This document shows positions 61,116-64,000 of a stretch of DNA of 64,000 nucleotides, one piece after another. The notes under the pieces were generated by a model. It was not told the origin of the DNA and did not search any database. It worked only from the letters and a program-made list of their open reading frames with translations. Position numbers and translations under genes: made by a program. This DNA is from Myxococcales bacterium (GTDB lineage: Bacteria > Myxococcota_A > Polyangia > Polyangiales > DASUME01), in contig JASGJH010000001.1 of NCBI GenBank assembly GCA_047601445.1, forward strand, positions 800,001 through 864,000. Direction: 5' to 3'. Numbering within the stretch: position 1 is the first letter of the stretch; every line of letters starts with the position of its first letter.

Positions 61116-61952
61116 TCAATGATGCGGATGCAGACGGCGTCCCTGGTGCATCGCCAAGAGCACCAGGAAGGCTGCCACGGCGCGCGCCAACACGTAGGCG
61201 GCGAGCAGCGCGGTGAGCGCTCCGTGGACACCGCGTCCCGCGGTCAGCACCGCGATGGCGAGCGCGGGATTGCCCAGGATGGCCTCATTGGCGAGCGCCT
61301 CCTGGGCTTCGGGGTCCTGGCCTCCCGCCCAGCGTCCCAGCAGCGCCGCCGCCACGGCCACCAGCAGGACTGCGAGCGCTTCCCAGGTCGCGATGTGGGA
61401 CCACAGGAGAGAGCCTCCCTTGGCGAGCACCGCCACCAGCGCCACGCCGAACGCCACGTAAAACAGGATCCATGCGACCCGGGCGAGCCTCACCGAGAGG
61501 GTGGGTTTCAGTGCCGCCAAGCTCAGACCGAGCAGGAGGGGGACGAGCTGCTTGAGCCAGGTGATCTGGAGCAGCGTGGAGGAGCGCACCTCGAAGTCGA
61601 AGCCGAGGAAGGAACGAATGATCCGCAACCAAAAGGGGACACTCAGTGGGATCAGCGCGGCCACGAGCAACAGGCTCACCAGCACGACCGGGTTGGCCCC
61701 GCGCTTGCGCAGGATCATGGCGGCGCCCGGGCAGACGGCCGTCAGCGCGATGACCTCGGCCGACGGCACGTGCAGCGGCAGCAGCTTCACCAGTAGCAGG
61801 GTCACCAGGGGAACGCCGAGCAGGAGTACGAGCAGGGTGCGCGCGAGCACCAGGCGGTCCTCCCAGGCTGCCCTGAGCACGCTCGGAGGCGTGCTCAGGC
61901 CGACCGCGAGGACCAGCAGCGTCATGGCATTCTGGACCAGGAACCTGAGCAT
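61116..61952 (-). CDS. Bile acid:sodium symporter-like membrane transporter
   Basis: Multiple TM helices; VCPGA, LVPLLLGL, GNPALAI. Confidence 0.75.
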   Translation of the reverse strand: MLRFLVQNAMTLLVLAVGLSTPPSVLRAAWEDRLVLARTLLVLLLGVPLVTLLLVKLLPLHVPSAEVIALTAVCPGAAMILRKRGANPVVLVSLLLVAALIPLSVPFWLRIIRSFLGFDFEVRSSTLLQITWLKQLVPLLLGLSLAALKPTLSVRLARVAWILFYVAFGVALVAVLAKGGSLLWSHIATWEALAVLLVAVAAALLGRWAGGQDPEAQEALANEAILGNPALAIAVLTAGRGVHGALTALLAAYVLARAVAAFLVLLAMHQGRRLHPHH

Positions 61953-62091
61953 GGACGACAGCACGTGTTCCACTCCGGGCGGTTGTGCGCCCGCTGTCGC
62001 CCGCGCTGCGCGAAGCCAGCGGTCGCTCTCACAACCCTTCCACATGGGATGCGAGAATCAACGCCCAGAGCGCGCTGCTGCTTGTGGCTGC

Positions 62092-62724
62092 TCAACGTCC
62101 GGAAGCGACGAGTGAGCCCTCGAGCGCAGCGAGCAGCTCGGGCACGCCGCGCAGGGCTGTGTTGAGTGCGCCTTCGAGCGCCAGCTGCTCGCTCTCGGTG
62201 CTGGTGGGACCGGGCGCGGTGGCTTTGCCACCGAGGCTCGCCACGATGTCTTCGGTACGCAAATCCACCACGGTGACGTTGACCGCGAAGTGGGTGCCGA
62301 GCTCGTCCACGTGGTGCAGCGTCACGCCGCACTCCAGAAACACGCTGGGCAGGTTGCGACGCGTGCCCTCGGCGAGCAGGGTCGGACGGTCGAAGTGCGG
62401 CGGCGCGAGCTCGAGATCCGCGATGGACTGCAGGGCCTGGGCTGCGTGAGAGCGGGCGTGTTCGAGGTGCTCGGGCCGCACCGAGTCGTCATGGGCCACA
62501 GGCAATGCGAGCGCCACGATGTAGCGGGCGCGCGGGTTCTCCACGGTGGTCCAGGGCTCGCTGCTGGTGCTGACGGGGCTGCTCGGGGCGGCTGCCTGGG
62601 TCGGCGCCGGCGCGCTGGCCGTCACCGCGCTTTCAGGCTGAGGATGAGCAGCAGCTCCGGTGCCGCAACCGAGGGCGGTTAGGAGCACGAACGGCAGCGA
62701 ACGTTGGCAGACATGGGCGCGCAT
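62092..62724 (-). CDS. Hypothetical lipoprotein
   Basis: Lipobox ALGC; Pro/Ser linker; alpha/beta C-terminal domain. Confidence 0.65.
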   Translation of the reverse strand: MRAHVCQRSLPFVLLTALGCGTGAAAHPQPESAVTASAPAPTQAAAPSSPVSTSSEPWTTVENPRARYIVALALPVAHDDSVRPEHLEHARSHAAQALQSIADLELAPPHFDRPTLLAEGTRRNLPSVFLECGVTLHHVDELGTHFAVNVTVVDLRTEDIVASLGGKATAPGPTSTESEQLALEGALNTALRGVPELLAALEGSLVASGR

Positions 62725-62759
62725 GGAGACCTCTTTCGAGGCCCTAACGGTAACAGTGT

Positions 62760-63450
62760 TCACCGGGTCTTCGCGCGTCGGCCCGCGCTGCGGCGCGTCG
62801 TTTGCTGATACCGAGACGCGCGTGTAAATGCGGGTGGGGCGCCAGCGTACTCGTCCGCACGGGGGCTTTCCAGGAGCGCGAGCGCCTGGGCTTTGGCCGT
62901 CGCGCGTAGCTCGTCCCTCAGCGTGGCGTCGGTGGTCGTGCGGGCGAGCACCATGCAGCCGACGCACAGGCTGAGCACGAGCTGGGCCTTGCGGGTGGCC
63001 TCGGTGTCATCGTGGGCGAAGGCGCCGCGATAGAATCTTGAGCATCCCCGAGACCAGCTGGGTATAGGCGTCGCGGGGCCGCTTTCCGGCGCGCGCCACG
63101 TCGGAGGGCAGGGCCACCAGCGGGCAATGCTGATCGGGATCATCGAGCACCTCGTCGCTGAGATAGAGCTCCACCAGAAGCTTGGCCAGCTCGGGCGCGG
63201 AGAGCGGCGCACCCTCATGGTCCGCGACGCGGCGTGAGAACGGACTGCACGTGGTGAAGCTACGCACGGCCTCTGCGTAGAGCGCGTCCTTGCTCTCGAA
63301 GTGATGGTAGAAGCCGCCGCGGGTGAGCCCGGCGTGCTCCATGATGTCATCGATGGAGACCTGGTCGAAGCCGTGCCGATTGAACATCACCCGCGCGCTC
63401 TCGATGATGCGGGCGCGGGTCTTGGCTTTGTGGTCCGCAGGGTAGGGCAC
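62760..63450 (-). CDS. TetR-family transcriptional regulator; apparent +1 frameshift at ~63035
   Basis: TRARIIESA..GFDQVSIDDIMEHAGLTRGGFYHHFESK, CPLVALPSDVAR; reading GATC for GAATC (63033-63037) gives LKIYRGAF...LSLCVGCMVLAR. Confidence 0.88.
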
Positions 63451-63474
63451 GCGTGAATCCTCCGACGCTCGCTC

Positions 63475-63510
63475 GAATCTGTCAGATTCTAGAATATGTT
63501 CTTGAACATA
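63475..63510. promoter_or_regulatory. Palindromic operator(s) between the TetR and GST genes
   Basis: GAATCTG-T-CAGATTC (63475-63489) and TATGTTC-TT-GAACATA (63495-63510). Confidence 0.65.
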
Positions 63511-63550
63511 ATATGCTCGGAGGCACCCTGTGTGGCGAGGAGACATCGCC

Positions 63551-64000
63551 ATGCAGCTCTACTATTTCGAGACCATGAACCCCCGGAAGGCATGCTTCGT
63601 CGCCAAGCATCTGAGCCTCCCCATCGACTACGTGCGGGTGGACTTCACCAAGGGCGAGCAACGGCGCCCCGAGTACCTGGCCCTCAACCCCAACGGGAGG
63701 GCCCCCACGCTCGTCGACGGTGAGCGCACGCTCTGGGAGAGCGTCGCCATCATGGCGCACCTGGCGCGCAAGGCCGAGAGCGAGCTGTGGCCGCTCCATG
63801 ACGCCGACTCCCTCACCGAGGTGCTGCGCTGGATCTCCTGGGACGCCTTCCACTTCGCACCGCACGCGGGCACCTTCTACTTCGAGCTCTACATCAAGCC
63901 CTTGCTCGGGCTGGGCAATCCGAGCCGCGACAAGCTGGAGGAGCGCGAGCCCTTGCTGCGGCGGAGCGCGCGGGTACTCGACGGGCATCTCGAGGGCCGC
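63551..64000 (+). CDS. Glutathione S-transferase family protein (partial, runs off window)
   Basis: MQLYYFETMNPRK, EYLALNPNGRAPTLVDGERTLWESVAI; GAGGAG RBS. Confidence 0.9.
   Translation, partial: MQLYYFETMNPRKACFVAKHLSLPIDYVRVDFTKGEQRRPEYLALNPNGRAPTLVDGERTLWESVAIMAHLARKAESELWPLHDADSLTEVLRWISWDAFHFAPHAGTFYFELYIKPLLGLGNPSRDKLEEREPLLRRSARVLDGHLEGR

Overview
High-GC window, most consistent with a myxobacterium (Polyangiales-like: many lipoproteins with Gly-Asp repeats, hexamer-based intergenic palindromes); this is inferred from gene content only. A housekeeping block (HEAT-repeat protein, CoxE-type VWA, miaB, vanZ-like, lepA, an RHH regulator, two DxNxDG lipoproteins, rluB-like, tRNA-fMet) is followed by a long accessory stretch of secreted proteins, lipoproteins and regulators. 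Also present are dbpA, a LytS/LytTR pair, tamA/tamB, nudC, a phoX-like gene and a phosphate-type porin. Three observations stand out. (1) A translationally coupled ImmA/IrrE-type HExxH metallopeptidase plus a divergent class III nucleotide-cyclase-like gene (41970-43444) form a candidate undescribed defence or toxin-antitoxin module. (2) An AT-richer standalone SIR2-family gene appears to have overwritten the 5' part of a YciI gene. (3) Five independent frameshifts all sit at a + strand GAATC and are all repaired by reading GATC, which points to sequencing error at a modified GATC motif. All calls come from reading motifs by eye; no searches were run.
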